DNA from: Nitrospirota bacterium
GTDB lineage: Bacteria > Nitrospirota > Thermodesulfovibrionia > Thermodesulfovibrionales > Dissulfurispiraceae
Direction of reading: 5' to 3'
DNA: 64,000 nt
Assembly (NCBI GenBank): GCA_963790025.1
Contig: CAWBMP010000002.1
Location: 64,001 to 128,000 of the forward strand
How positions within the stretch are numbered: position 1 is the stretch's first letter; each line of letters begins with the position of its first letter. The position numbers and the translations under genes are program-made. Under the pieces are notes generated by a model, which did no database searches, was not told the DNA's origin, and saw only the letters and a program-made list of their open reading frames with translations. Below are positions 29,239 to 38,929 of the stretch, piece by piece.

Positions 29239-30027
29239 CTATGAGTGACGATACCATTTGAGAAGCACCTCCGGCTGTAAATATTCTTTATCAGGAGAAG
29301 GGGTGAGAGTATGCGCCCAAACCATGTCCAGACCAATATTGCTTTCAGAAAACAGATTCGGTGGTGGTGGAATATCAGCACCATGCAAATAATCAAGCAG
29401 TAATAGCGGAATAACAGATTGCTCAGATTTCAGAAAACATAATAATATTCCAGTTGAAGCACCTTGCAAAGAACCCGAGAGAACGGCCTTCTTGAATTTA
29501 TCAGTATACTTTTTGATTGCCCGATTAGCTAAGGCGGAAATAATTGCTTCTCTTGATCGATGTATATGATGCAATTCCACATTAACAATATCGAGCCAGA
29601 ATTCTTTCTCTTTGATAATCAAAACAACATCAGCATCTTTTGAGTTAGTGCCGGTCTCAAAGGGCATTTCCATTTTAACTTGCTGGCCACCATTAATAAA
29701 GTGAATAGCCCAAGCTGCCTCGGCAACAGTATCCAAGAATATACTCGGTGTTTTTCTAAATAGGTTTTGGCTGACCAGCTTTTGCCATACCTTTATCTGC
29801 GCCAGTTTATTACACTGAAGTCGTCTAATAAGTTCATCTATAGTCGCCAAGTAATGATAATAGTCTACACGCCAGCGGGGATAATCGTCGCGCGCCATTT
29901 GGCAGCAATCGCAAAGACGCAATAACTTGTCTGTTTGAGGACAAGCGGATAGGGCAAGTTGTTCTAATGTAGCCCCTTGACTTTGAGCCAAAGATGAAAG
30001 AGCAGGATATTGAAAGTCAATGTTCAT
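29239..30027 (-). CDS. Hypothetical protein, possibly degenerate PD-(D/E)xK fold
   Basis: TVAE...KDADVVL...FWLDIV. Confidence 0.5.
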   Translation of the reverse strand: MNIDFQYPALSSLAQSQGATLEQLALSACPQTDKLLRLCDCCQMARDDYPRWRVDYYHYLATIDELIRRLQCNKLAQIKVWQKLVSQNLFRKTPSIFLDTVAEAAWAIHFINGGQQVKMEMPFETGTNSKDADVVLIIKEKEFWLDIVNVELHHIHRSREAIISALANRAIKKYTDKFKKAVLSGSLQGASTGILLCFLKSEQSVIPLLLLDYLHGADIPPPPNLFSESNIGLDMVWAHTLTPSPDKEYLQPEVLLKWYRHS

Positions 30028-30101
30028 ATACGGCTATCACCTGAAGCAAAGGAACGAGTTACGAGCTAAGAGGACAAGAGAATCCTTGACCTTGCCTCTT
30101 A

Positions 30102-30857
30102 TTATTTTTCTGCTGGACCAAAATCCTTATCCATTCTGGCCAATGCTAGAAATGCTTGTGAAATAGATTCTATTTCTTTTTCGGCCAGCTTCTTCCCTTT
30201 CTTATTCTCAACAATGTAATCGTAGAGCTGCTCATCCTTGACGCAATGAATATAGCCGGTCGTACCCCATCTTGCCTCCACGTAAGCTGAAGGAAAGGCA
30301 AAAACGCCTTGGACATAGGGGTCCAGAGGAGAGAGAACTTTTATTTTTTCCTTGATACTCATTATTCTACGTGTGAGATTTTTGATTTCTGTTTTCTGAG
30401 TCGGATTTCCATTTAACAAAAGCTCCCCATTGCCGTCAGCGGCTACAACTCCCTTCCAATTCTTTGCATCAATGACGTAAGCCCCGGTGGGGCCGATAAC
30501 CACATGGTCGATGTTTCCGAAAGGAGTCGTCAGATCATGGATAACCCTGTAGTCGTCCGGAAACCCTTCGAGGACGTAGCCGATAACTGCCTCGCCAACT
30601 GCCCCTTTCCGGAAGTTGATCCTCTCGATTTCCAATGCCTTAAGTTTCTTGTTCGTCCATCTCATAATCAGTGGAATAGCTATAACGAAAATGACTATTA
30701 GGATGAGCGCAAATGAGACTTTTCGACCGCCAAATAAACAACCGTCGATAAACGCTAAGCCCCAGAAAACTAAGAAGATTACAAGAAACTGCCTTTGAAA
30801 CTTTTTTATAGACTGTTCCGTTACATACCGCGCTGTCTCACCTAACACTTTCGCCAC
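30102..30857 (-). CDS. NERD nuclease-related protein with two N-terminal TM helices
   Basis: GAVGE...HDL...NIDHVVIGPTGAYVIDAKNWKG. Confidence 0.85.
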   Translation of the reverse strand: MAKVLGETARYVTEQSIKKFQRQFLVIFLVFWGLAFIDGCLFGGRKVSFALILIVIFVIAIPLIMRWTNKKLKALEIERINFRKGAVGEAVIGYVLEGFPDDYRVIHDLTTPFGNIDHVVIGPTGAYVIDAKNWKGVVAADGNGELLLNGNPTQKTEIKNLTRRIMSIKEKIKVLSPLDPYVQGVFAFPSAYVEARWGTTGYIHCVKDEQLYDYIVENKKGKKLAEKEIESISQAFLALARMDKDFGPAEK

Positions 30858-31148
30858 GAGCTATTCTCCAATTTGTTTATGGCAGGCTGTCTGACTTGCC
30901 ACGAATCATTGTACCACACTTAGAGAAGCCAATAATGCTCAAAAGAATCATTGGGAACCTGCAAATTACCGCTGCTATTGATACATCCAACCCGGCACCA
31001 CAAACAGCTTCCCATACTTCAGCACGCTATGAAAAAGCCATTGAGAATAAGCCCCTGCCACCTCAAACTGGCAACGCTTTACGAGCGAAGAGGACAAGAG
31101 AATCAATGAGAAATTGAAGAGGCTGTCGCTAATATAACATGACAACTT

Positions 31149-31838
31149 CTAGCAATATTCCTTGATCTTCTTCTTACAGTAAGAGACTATTACACAGTCG
31201 TCACACTCTGGGGAGAGCGCAGTGCATATCTTGCGACCGTGTGAAACCATATTCACGTGTAAAGGGAAGCGCAAAGCTGGAGGAATAAGGTCCTGTAAAT
31301 AGTCCATGGCCATGTCGGAAACACGACTAGCATTGCAGCGATTGCCGTTCCACCCTAATCTGCCGGCAATTCTCCAGCAGTGGGAGTCAACCGGGAAAAC
31401 TTGTCGGTCAAGCGAATAAAGCATCACACAGCGGGCAACTTTACTCCCGACGCCTGGGAGACTAGTGAGAAATCTTTCGCATTCCTCGTCTGACATTTTT
31501 TTGAGCGGGGCTAATGTAGGCCTGCCGAAATTCTTTATCAGACATTGAACAATCGCCTTAGCAGAACCCGCTTTCCGATTTTGCAAGCCGCCCCAGGAGA
31601 CGACTTTGCTTAGCTCTTGAACTGAAGTGGTAGCAAGGAGTTCATATCTTGGAAAGTTTTGCTTCAGGGATTTGAAGGCTTTGAAGTAAACCTTCTCGCT
31701 CCTCTTTATGCTACAAAGAATAAAGAACAGCTCATCCAAAGGATTTCGTTTATTGCGGTGTGAAAAATTATTATACTGACTGCTGAGACGCCGGGTAATT
31801 TCGTAAATATTTGTAGCTAATGCTTTTTTCGTCTTCAC
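31149..31838 (-). CDS. Endonuclease III (Nth)-family glycosylase with 4Fe-4S cluster
   Basis: LPGVGSKVA, FPVDSH, C-x6-C-x2-C-x5-C. Confidence 0.85.
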   Translation of the reverse strand: MKTKKALATNIYEITRRLSSQYNNFSHRNKRNPLDELFFILCSIKRSEKVYFKAFKSLKQNFPRYELLATTSVQELSKVVSWGGLQNRKAGSAKAIVQCLIKNFGRPTLAPLKKMSDEECERFLTSLPGVGSKVARCVMLYSLDRQVFPVDSHCWRIAGRLGWNGNRCNASRVSDMAMDYLQDLIPPALRFPLHVNMVSHGRKICTALSPECDDCVIVSYCKKKIKEYC

Positions 31839-31938
31839 TCAGTTCTATTCGCTATCCATTTTAACTAGCACTGTGCTTGCGTAGGCACGGATGTGGTGAA
31901 ATGCGGCCCTGAAAAGGCAGTCTTTCCATCATATTCAA

Positions 31939-32865
31939 TTAAATCGAGGTTAGGCTGTTGTGATAGAGTGGATGACGTACCTCTTGAATTGTTGAGAGAA
32001 AGAGTTCCATCTCGTCATCTAACATCTTAGAATTGGTCGTTATATCTTTAAATAGAAGATAAGCCATTTTAGTAACAATAAAACACAGCACAACAGTAAA
32101 GTCGTGATGTTCATAATGTGACTCATCAAAATAGTCATCTAAATTAGTACTTAAAGAACCGAACTTATCTTTAATGATAAATTCAAAGAGATCATCGCAT
32201 AACCATCTATTGTTGAAATAGTGAATAGAATTTCTTTGCTTGGCAAAATCTTTCACATCCATCTTTTTGATGATCTTGATGTATTCTCCCGGCCAAATGT
32301 CAATTCTCAAGACCGAAATTATTCTTATGAATATTTTCCATATTGAAGTATGATCTAGAACAACGTTGGTTTTCCACACAACTATATCAGTATCAGATAT
32401 GTTTCCTTTATTCCTATGTTTTTTCTCCAGCGCTTCTGGTTCAGGCCACAAATCTACTATGACCGACTTATTATTGTATTCCCCAATGTTAACGCCTAAC
32501 AAATTAAGAAGGCTCTTGGCGGCATAAAAACATGCTTGATATGCAGATGATAGGGACCATGTTAAAATCCCCATCTTTATGTGTAATTCAGCCGCACTTA
32601 AAACATGTGATGCCTTATGCAGTAGAAAAACAGCTTCCCATAAAGCATACATCCTTATAGCTGCCATATCTTTTCTGATATAAGGAGCTCCACTGACAAT
32701 TAGTTCCTTAGTGAGCGTTTTGAAATCTTCAACTTCTGAGAGCAGTATTGTCGGAGGCAATCCAGCAGGTTTTATTAGAGGAATATGAGGAATCCATTTA
32801 TCTCGCAGTGTTTCCCACCTTCTGATTCTTAAGCCATTGATAATCCCGTCAAGCAAATCGGGCAT
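31939..32865 (-). CDS. Putative HEPN-domain protein
   Basis: WSLSSAYQACFYAAKSLL..LG helix and RNSIHY motif. Confidence 0.55.
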   Translation of the reverse strand: MPDLLDGIINGLRIRRWETLRDKWIPHIPLIKPAGLPPTILLSEVEDFKTLTKELIVSGAPYIRKDMAAIRMYALWEAVFLLHKASHVLSAAELHIKMGILTWSLSSAYQACFYAAKSLLNLLGVNIGEYNNKSVIVDLWPEPEALEKKHRNKGNISDTDIVVWKTNVVLDHTSIWKIFIRIISVLRIDIWPGEYIKIIKKMDVKDFAKQRNSIHYFNNRWLCDDLFEFIIKDKFGSLSTNLDDYFDESHYEHHDFTVVLCFIVTKMAYLLFKDITTNSKMLDDEMELFLSTIQEVRHPLYHNSLTSI

Positions 32866-32867
32866 GC

Positions 32868-33893
32868 TTATAGTACCAAGCCACCCTTTGTTTTTGAACT
32901 GTCAAATTGTGACAGAAGCGTGCTTCGCAAATCGTCTCCAGCTTGTAATTCCGCAGCTGAGCCTGTGCCATATTGTTTCCAATCATCAAATGGAAAGTTT
33001 TCTATTTTTTTCAAAACCTTTGAAATATCTCCTATCGTAAACGTCTTGTGCTCCGTCATTGTAAGGTCAAATACGGTCGGCAATGCGTTAATAAGTGCGC
33101 CAAACCCCAATGTTTGGAAAAAAAGTGGTTCAGGTTCTTCAAAATATTGCGGAAAAATATTCCTTAACGCTTTAAAGTAATTATCGATTATATTTATTTG
33201 CTGATTGGTGTTATATATCGCTAACTTACCTTGTTTTTTGGAAAGAAGTGGCGATATAACACGCACAAAATTGGTTAATGAGAGTTCTCCTTTTTTCGGT
33301 GCTGTCACTACGACTATTCGTCCATAGAAAGTAGATTCTTCATTTTTTCTCAAAGCCGTAGAGATATCGGCTGCTTTCTCTTTAACCATTTCCGATTCTG
33401 ACTTGGATTTTGGTAATTTCTTCAACAAGTCATAATACAATGACGTTGGTACACCTTTCGCCTCTTTATTAATTGTTACAAATTGTTCAATTTGCTTTTC
33501 CAGCGACAATCCGATAAAAGCTACAACAATAAGTTCGATGTCCAAAGATGATTCATGTGATCCTGCCAACCGATGTTGCCCATCTATAACCCATCCCGCA
33601 TCCTTTTCTTTAGGAATAATAAGTTTACTTCTATCGCTAGAAATCTTTGTATTATTCCCAAAAGCTACTAACACACTGTTAGGAATTGGATTTTTTCTCT
33701 CTATGTAACGTTTAATTGAAGTAACTCTGGTCAGGGACAATGCGCGCTGATAACCCTTATCCTTGTCTGGGTCTCTTTTATCAATAGATACAATACTCCA
33801 GAGTGTTTTTGCTTTCATAGTAAAACATGCCAGCTCATTAGTCCCTTGATTCGCCCACAGAACGGGAACTTTAATAGTACCTCTTGTGGCCAT
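32868..33893 (-). CDS. DGQHR-domain (DndB-like) protein
   Basis: GYQRAL, IPNSV, VIDGQHRL, QFVTIN. Confidence 0.88.
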   Translation of the reverse strand: MATRGTIKVPVLWANQGTNELACFTMKAKTLWSIVSIDKRDPDKDKGYQRALSLTRVTSIKRYIERKNPIPNSVLVAFGNNTKISSDRSKLIIPKEKDAGWVIDGQHRLAGSHESSLDIELIVVAFIGLSLEKQIEQFVTINKEAKGVPTSLYYDLLKKLPKSKSESEMVKEKAADISTALRKNEESTFYGRIVVVTAPKKGELSLTNFVRVISPLLSKKQGKLAIYNTNQQINIIDNYFKALRNIFPQYFEEPEPLFFQTLGFGALINALPTVFDLTMTEHKTFTIGDISKVLKKIENFPFDDWKQYGTGSAAELQAGDDLRSTLLSQFDSSKTKGGLVL

Positions 33894-33937
33894 AGTTATT
33901 TCTCCTTACTCGTATTCTTCCTCATTGTTCCTGCCTT

Positions 33938-34549
33938 TTATGGAGCTATTCCGACTATGACTAATGGCACTGCAGGAACCCCACGCCCTTGCCTTACGAC
34001 GTTGTAAAATTCGCCTTCATAGTAGGCAACGCCCGAACTCATATGAGACTGAAGGGATTTCATGGGGAGGATTTCAATGCCCACGTCAATTTGGTCGCCG
34101 ACATAAAACGCAAGATGCTTTACAAAGAGATCATAAGCGACGAAAGAGTATTTGCCGAATTGAACTTCTATTGCAACTCTGTCTTTGACGAAATCAGTTT
34201 GATTGTAACTGAATATTGGTTTCTCCCCTGCTGACTCGATTTCCTTCTTTTGTTCGTCAGGAGTCATCGCAAGTGTTTTCCGAATGAGCTTCTCACTTCG
34301 TGTAACCCAGTAACTAACACGGCTCTCATGCCACTCTTTTGCGCGGAGAAATTTATTGAACGCCGCGTTCATGTCGATAGGACTGTAAAGCAGTTTGCCC
34401 TTCATCGTCTTTTCTTTGGACACCTTGCTTTTGCATTTCTCAGCATCTACCGACTCAATCACAGATTGAATTTCTTGCCAAAGCTGCGGCTTATGCACTA
34501 AAAGGAATTCAAGACCGTTCAGATGTGAATATGTTTCAATTATTTTCAT
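33938..34549 (-). CDS. BglII/BstYI-family type II restriction endonuclease
   Basis: NQTDFVKDRVAIEVQFGKY (D..ExQ); MSSGVAYYE. Confidence 0.85.
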   Translation of the reverse strand: MKIIETYSHLNGLEFLLVHKPQLWQEIQSVIESVDAEKCKSKVSKEKTMKGKLLYSPIDMNAAFNKFLRAKEWHESRVSYWVTRSEKLIRKTLAMTPDEQKKEIESAGEKPIFSYNQTDFVKDRVAIEVQFGKYSFVAYDLFVKHLAFYVGDQIDVGIEILPMKSLQSHMSSGVAYYEGEFYNVVRQGRGVPAVPLVIVGIAP

Positions 34550-35499
34550 CGGGCGACGAATTTCCGTTTCTTTTCTTTAATTAAACGAGGCTGATGAGCA
34601 TTATCCTCTGTTACCACCCACGGGGCAACGGTCAGACTATTGCCTGCCTCTACAGGATCGTATACCGGACGATACATGGGACGCGTCTTTAATGTCCCTG
34701 ATAGTTCTTGTTCAATCCTCTGCTTTGCAAGTTTGACGTATCGTGGAACAACCTCCGAGCCGATTCCCCGGCGGTTATGGCGGATAGCCGCAATTATTGA
34801 CGTCCCGGTTCCGAGAAAAGGATCAAAGACCCAGTCACCTTCATTACTCATTGAAAGCACAAGCCGCTCGATAAGCTCAACCGGAAACTGACAGGGGTGA
34901 TCCGTTTTTTCGACATGATTGCTTTTGACATTAGGAATAACCCAAAAATCTCCCGGATTCTTTCCCAGAGGATTGCAGGAATATTTACCGGCGTTCGGGC
35001 CCTTAAAATATTTTTTTCCGGGATACTTCTGTGGCACTCTGACAGGATCAAGGTTGAAGACATAATCATCCGATTTTGTGAACCATACAATAGTTTCATA
35101 ACGCCCTGAAAAACGACGACTGCAATGAAGACCATGTTCGAAATGCCAAATTATCCGGTTTCTCATTTTTAGACCAAGCTCATTAAAAATGGGATATAGA
35201 ACCGTATCAAGAGGAATTATGCTTCCATCATCAACATAGTTGCCGACCTGCCAACAAATGCTTCCATTAGGAGAAAGTCGCCGAACACATTCGCGTATGA
35301 CCGCAGCCTGCTGCTCAATGTATGCTTCCAGCTTAAGCTTTTTCTCGTATTCCTTGCCGATGTTATAGGGGGGTGAGGTAACTATAAGTTGCAACGTTCC
35401 CTCTGGTATTGTTGATAAGAGTCTCAAACAGTCACCGTGATAGACGACTATCTGTTCGGATTTACGGAATTCTTCTGAAATAGACCGCTTATCAAACAT
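34546..35499 (-). CDS. Beta-class N4-C/N6-A DNA methyltransferase
   Basis: TSPPY precedes HPCQFP and DPFLGTGT; ATGA overlap with the REase gene. Confidence 0.92.
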   Translation of the reverse strand: MFDKRSISEEFRKSEQIVVYHGDCLRLLSTIPEGTLQLIVTSPPYNIGKEYEKKLKLEAYIEQQAAVIRECVRRLSPNGSICWQVGNYVDDGSIIPLDTVLYPIFNELGLKMRNRIIWHFEHGLHCSRRFSGRYETIVWFTKSDDYVFNLDPVRVPQKYPGKKYFKGPNAGKYSCNPLGKNPGDFWVIPNVKSNHVEKTDHPCQFPVELIERLVLSMSNEGDWVFDPFLGTGTSIIAAIRHNRRGIGSEVVPRYVKLAKQRIEQELSGTLKTRPMYRPVYDPVEAGNSLTVAPWVVTEDNAHQPRLIKEKKRKFVAR

Positions 35500-35697
35500 G
35501 TTACCTATATTACCTGCAATGGGGGATTTTCCGTCAAGTTGTCCTTCTTCAAGAAGAAGCCAGAACCAGATAATAAAAAAATCCGAAAATGTTATTCATC
35601 TGATCGAAAATTTCTAACAATCCCTGGAGACGGCGTGGAGACGTGTTCTTTGAGCTATTCTCAGGAATATTGTCTTATTTATCAAAGAGATATAAAA

Positions 35698-35785
35698 CGG
35701 AGGGGGTGAGATTCGAACTCACGGTAGGATATAATCCTACAACAATTTTCAAGACTGTCGCCTTCAACCGCTCGGCCACCCCTCC
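35698..35785 (-). tRNA. tRNA-Ser(TGA), island integration site
   Basis: Cloverleaf GGAGGGG...CCCCTCCG, anticodon loop CTTGAAA, long variable arm; CCA not encoded. Confidence 0.95.
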
Positions 35786-35827
35786 AGGGGAAGCAACTAT
35801 TATACTATCAAATTTCAGTTGGAAATT

Positions 35828-36265
35828 CTATTTTAGTTTCAGAAGGGCCATTCCTGAAACGGGATCCAGTTCCCGCTCGGCATTGATGCCCTTTATCTCC
35901 ATGATGATCCCTTCGAGAACCAGAAATGTTTCGGCCTTTTCTCTCATGCATCCGGCTTGAACTTTGTCACGCTTTGCGTAAGCGCCGTGGAAATGGAGCT
36001 TTGGTTCTTCCCCCTGCCAGAATATGGTGCCCAAGCCAACTATCTCATGGCTTTCGTTCAGTTCGCGCCAGACAGGTACAGGAGGCATTTTATCTGTTTC
36101 TGGCCCCACTACGAACCGGCCTCCCTTCATGCCGCCAACAAGGTAGAACACACCTGCCCTGATGTTCTCCCTCCTGGCTATCTCACTCAGTCCCTGGAGT
36201 ATCTGGTCCCCGTCTTCAAATCTGGCAACTACAATTCTGCCGGGCTCGCCGATTCTGTAGTTCAT
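35828..36265 (-). CDS. PPC/DUF296-domain protein
   Basis: VARFEDGD, HEIVGLGTI, LHFHG, GC...TFLVLE. Confidence 0.8.
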   Translation of the reverse strand: MNYRIGEPGRIVVARFEDGDQILQGLSEIARRENIRAGVFYLVGGMKGGRFVVGPETDKMPPVPVWRELNESHEIVGLGTIFWQGEEPKLHFHGAYAKRDKVQAGCMREKAETFLVLEGIIMEIKGINAERELDPVSGMALLKLK

Positions 36266-36290
36266 TTTTCATTAATCTCCTTTGATATTA

Positions 36291-37317
36291 TTACAATCTT
36301 GCTCCCAGTTTACTCCCTATCGCCTCATGCACTTTATCCACTGAAATGGAATCCATGCAGCGGATGTCTTTACATTTTTTTTTATAGCACGGTGCGCAGG
36401 CACTATCTGCCTTAACTATGACATGGCCGCTGCCGTATGGACCGGTCCTGGCTGGATTGGTGGGGCCGAACAAGGCGACAACAGGCACGCCGCATGCCGC
36501 AGCAATATGCATCGGTCCTGAGTCGTTAGTTACCATAAACCTTGCCTTTCTGATAAGGGATATCAATTCTTTCATATCGGTTTTTCCTGCCATGGACACT
36601 GCTCTGCCTTCTGAGTGCACCGCCGCCTCTTCTGCCAGGATCTGATCTGCTCCGCTGCCGATTATAATACTCCTTATGCTTAACAGAGAAGCAAGACGAC
36701 CGAAACGCTCCGCAGGCCACTGTTTTGTCCTCCAGCGGGCCCCCGGGGCAAGGATCGCGTAATTTCCTGTTTCTTTTCTCAGTTGTCGTATCTTCTGTGA
36801 TTCTTTCACCAGCGGCATAGGGAACGTAACAGTGCCGGTTTCGCAGCCCATGGCTGAAGCTATCTTCAGATAACGGTCCACCGCATGCACCTCCCTGCCA
36901 CCTGTTATCCTATGTGTGTAAAAAAGCCGGCTCCCTTCCCTGGCCTCACTGAATCCTATGCGAACAGGGGCCTTGCTTGCGGCGGTCAGTAAGCCGCTTC
37001 TCAGCAGACCTTGCAGGTCAATGGCAATATCATAGGATTCGCCTTTTAGATCACGCAGCAGGGTTCTGAATTCGGATACCGTGCCTTGTATACTCTTCAA
37101 CTTCTTCCATTGGTCTTTGTTAATGACCCATAGTTTCTGTATCATCGGGTGGTTTTCTAAAAGCCCTTCGAGGCCTTTTGCTATCACCCAGTGAATTTCA
37201 GAACCAGGGAAAGATTCCCGCATAACATTGAGAAAAGGAAGGCTGTGCACAACATCACCCAGAGAACTCGGCTTAACAATAAGGTATCTTCCGTGGGGAC
37301 TTTTTAATATTTACCAT
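36291..37317 (-). CDS. waaC: LPS heptosyltransferase I (GT9); apparent 1-nt insertion near 37283
   Basis: LIVKPSSLGDVVH, DLQGLLRS, NDSGPMHIA; ATG 37317 is out of frame with the gene body. Confidence 0.8.
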
Positions 37318-37335
37318 AATAGAAATACGGAACCG

Positions 37336-38844
37336 TCAAGTTTCATCAGAGAGTATAACCTTCACCGCTTCTCCAAGACTTGAGACTACCGCATCGGCAT
37401 GGGGCGATGTCTGTTGTCTTCCGGTGGTAACCAGTATTGCCCGCGCGCCGACTGCATGAGCAACCAGCATGTCAGCATCCTTATCACCAACTACAAAGGA
37501 CCTCTTCAGATCAATCCGATGATGAAGCCTTGCTTTTATGAGCATGCCTGGAGACGGTTTCCTGCATTGGCAATAATCATCGGGACTGTGAGGGCAATAA
37601 TAAAAGTCATCAAACCCGTAATGTCCGGTAAAAAACATATTCACATCCTTTGTAAAGGATTCTTTAACCAGCCCCTTCGATATTCCCGATTGATTGGTGA
37701 TCCCTATCAGCAGAAACCCCTTGTCCTTCAGTTTTCGAACGCTATCAATACCTGCCAATACTTCGAAATCCTTCCATTCGCTCATGTAGTGCGGATCCCT
37801 GCACAGGGTACCGTCCCTGTCAAAAAAGACCGCCCTCTTGTCAGGAAGAATCTCTTTGACCTTGAAAAAAACCTCTTCAGCGGTGACCGCATACATGCAC
37901 CGCATATCCTTTGTCACACATTTCCTTTCAAAGCACGGGCTGCATGAAAAGTCTTTTTTTATTGCACAGTGTCCTTCGCTCACAGGACCAGTAAGCTTCG
38001 GATCAGTGGAACCAAATATCGCCAGCGTCGGGGTGCCCACCGCACAGGCGATATGCATAGGCCCGGAATCGTTGGTAAGTATAACATCACATTCCGCAAT
38101 CAGGGCCGCAAGCTCCCTGAGCGACGTCTTGCCCGCAAGGAAGAGTTTGTTTTCATGGACACGCTTGTCGATCTCCTGTGCCAGAGCAGTCTCCTTCTCA
38201 CTCCCGAAAATTACTGTGCTGCCCCCGGTGTCCTTTCTGAACCAGTTCGCCACGTCTGAGAATCTGTCCGGCAACCAGCGCTTTGAAGAACCAAACGTGG
38301 CGCCGGGGTTAATGCCGAGTACAGGCCTGCTCAACCCGGATAGCGTTGAACGGGCAGACAACCGTTCCTCAAGGGAGAGGTGGATCACCGGCTCCTCAAA
38401 GTGAGCAGGGATACCGGCTGCAGCAAGGAGGTTCAGATAGTATTCTATATGATGGACCTTGCGGTCATCACCATGAAAGGGAACAGGATCTGTCAGGAGA
38501 AAGCCTCTTCCGTCCCGGTTGTAACCAATCCTCTTCGGGATCCGGGCCATGTAGGCAATCACCGCGGCGTCAAAGGCATTCTGGAGCAGTATGGCCATCG
38601 AGAATTCTTTTTTCCGGAGCAGCCGGGCAAGCCTGAATTTTCCGATGATGCTATCGAATTTATCATCGTAAGCGATTATCTCGTCTATATCCGGATTGCC
38701 TTCAAAAACAGACATGACAGACGGTTTCACAAGCAGAATTATCCTTGCCCCCGCGTATGCCTTTCTCAATGCACGCAAGGCAGGCATTGTCATTACAGCA
38801 TCACCTATCCAATTAACCCCACGAACGAGAATAGAATAAGACAT
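37336..38844 (-). CDS. waaF: Heptosyltransferase II fused to GmhB heptose-bisphosphate phosphatase
   Basis: NWIGDAVM, NDSGPMH; C-terminal FFDRDGT, TNQSG, CPH..C.CRKP, GDK..D. Confidence 0.9.
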   Translation of the reverse strand: MSYSILVRGVNWIGDAVMTMPALRALRKAYAGARIILLVKPSVMSVFEGNPDIDEIIAYDDKFDSIIGKFRLARLLRKKEFSMAILLQNAFDAAVIAYMARIPKRIGYNRDGRGFLLTDPVPFHGDDRKVHHIEYYLNLLAAAGIPAHFEEPVIHLSLEERLSARSTLSGLSRPVLGINPGATFGSSKRWLPDRFSDVANWFRKDTGGSTVIFGSEKETALAQEIDKRVHENKLFLAGKTSLRELAALIAECDVILTNDSGPMHIACAVGTPTLAIFGSTDPKLTGPVSEGHCAIKKDFSCSPCFERKCVTKDMRCMYAVTAEEVFFKVKEILPDKRAVFFDRDGTLCRDPHYMSEWKDFEVLAGIDSVRKLKDKGFLLIGITNQSGISKGLVKESFTKDVNMFFTGHYGFDDFYYCPHSPDDYCQCRKPSPGMLIKARLHHRIDLKRSFVVGDKDADMLVAHAVGARAILVTTGRQQTSPHADAVVSSLGEAVKVILSDET

Positions 38845-38929
38845 ACGATTAGTTTAACATTTATAATAAACAGTTCGTAAGGAAGGAAGTGTTTATTATA
38901 TATAACCAAAAGATATATAATGTAGGGTC

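Larger units (their letters stand above)
12898..35717. mobile_element. 22.8-kb integrative (formerly mobilisable) element / defence island in tRNA-Ser
   Basis: 20-bp direct repeats of the tRNA 3' end, tyrosine integrase, coupling-protein pseudogene, oriT-like site, dense nuclease/R-M cargo. Confidence 0.88.

Noticed and set aside
32868..33893. Phosphorothioate (Dnd) or Dpd modification system
   Set aside because: Only the DGQHR gene is present; no dndC/E, cysteine desulfurase or dpdA in the window, and the ATPase is 5 kb away and RloC-like
35643..35960. 105-aa plus-strand ORF (also 7594-7938 and 58873-59148)
   Set aside because: Shadow frames over tRNA genes or att repeats
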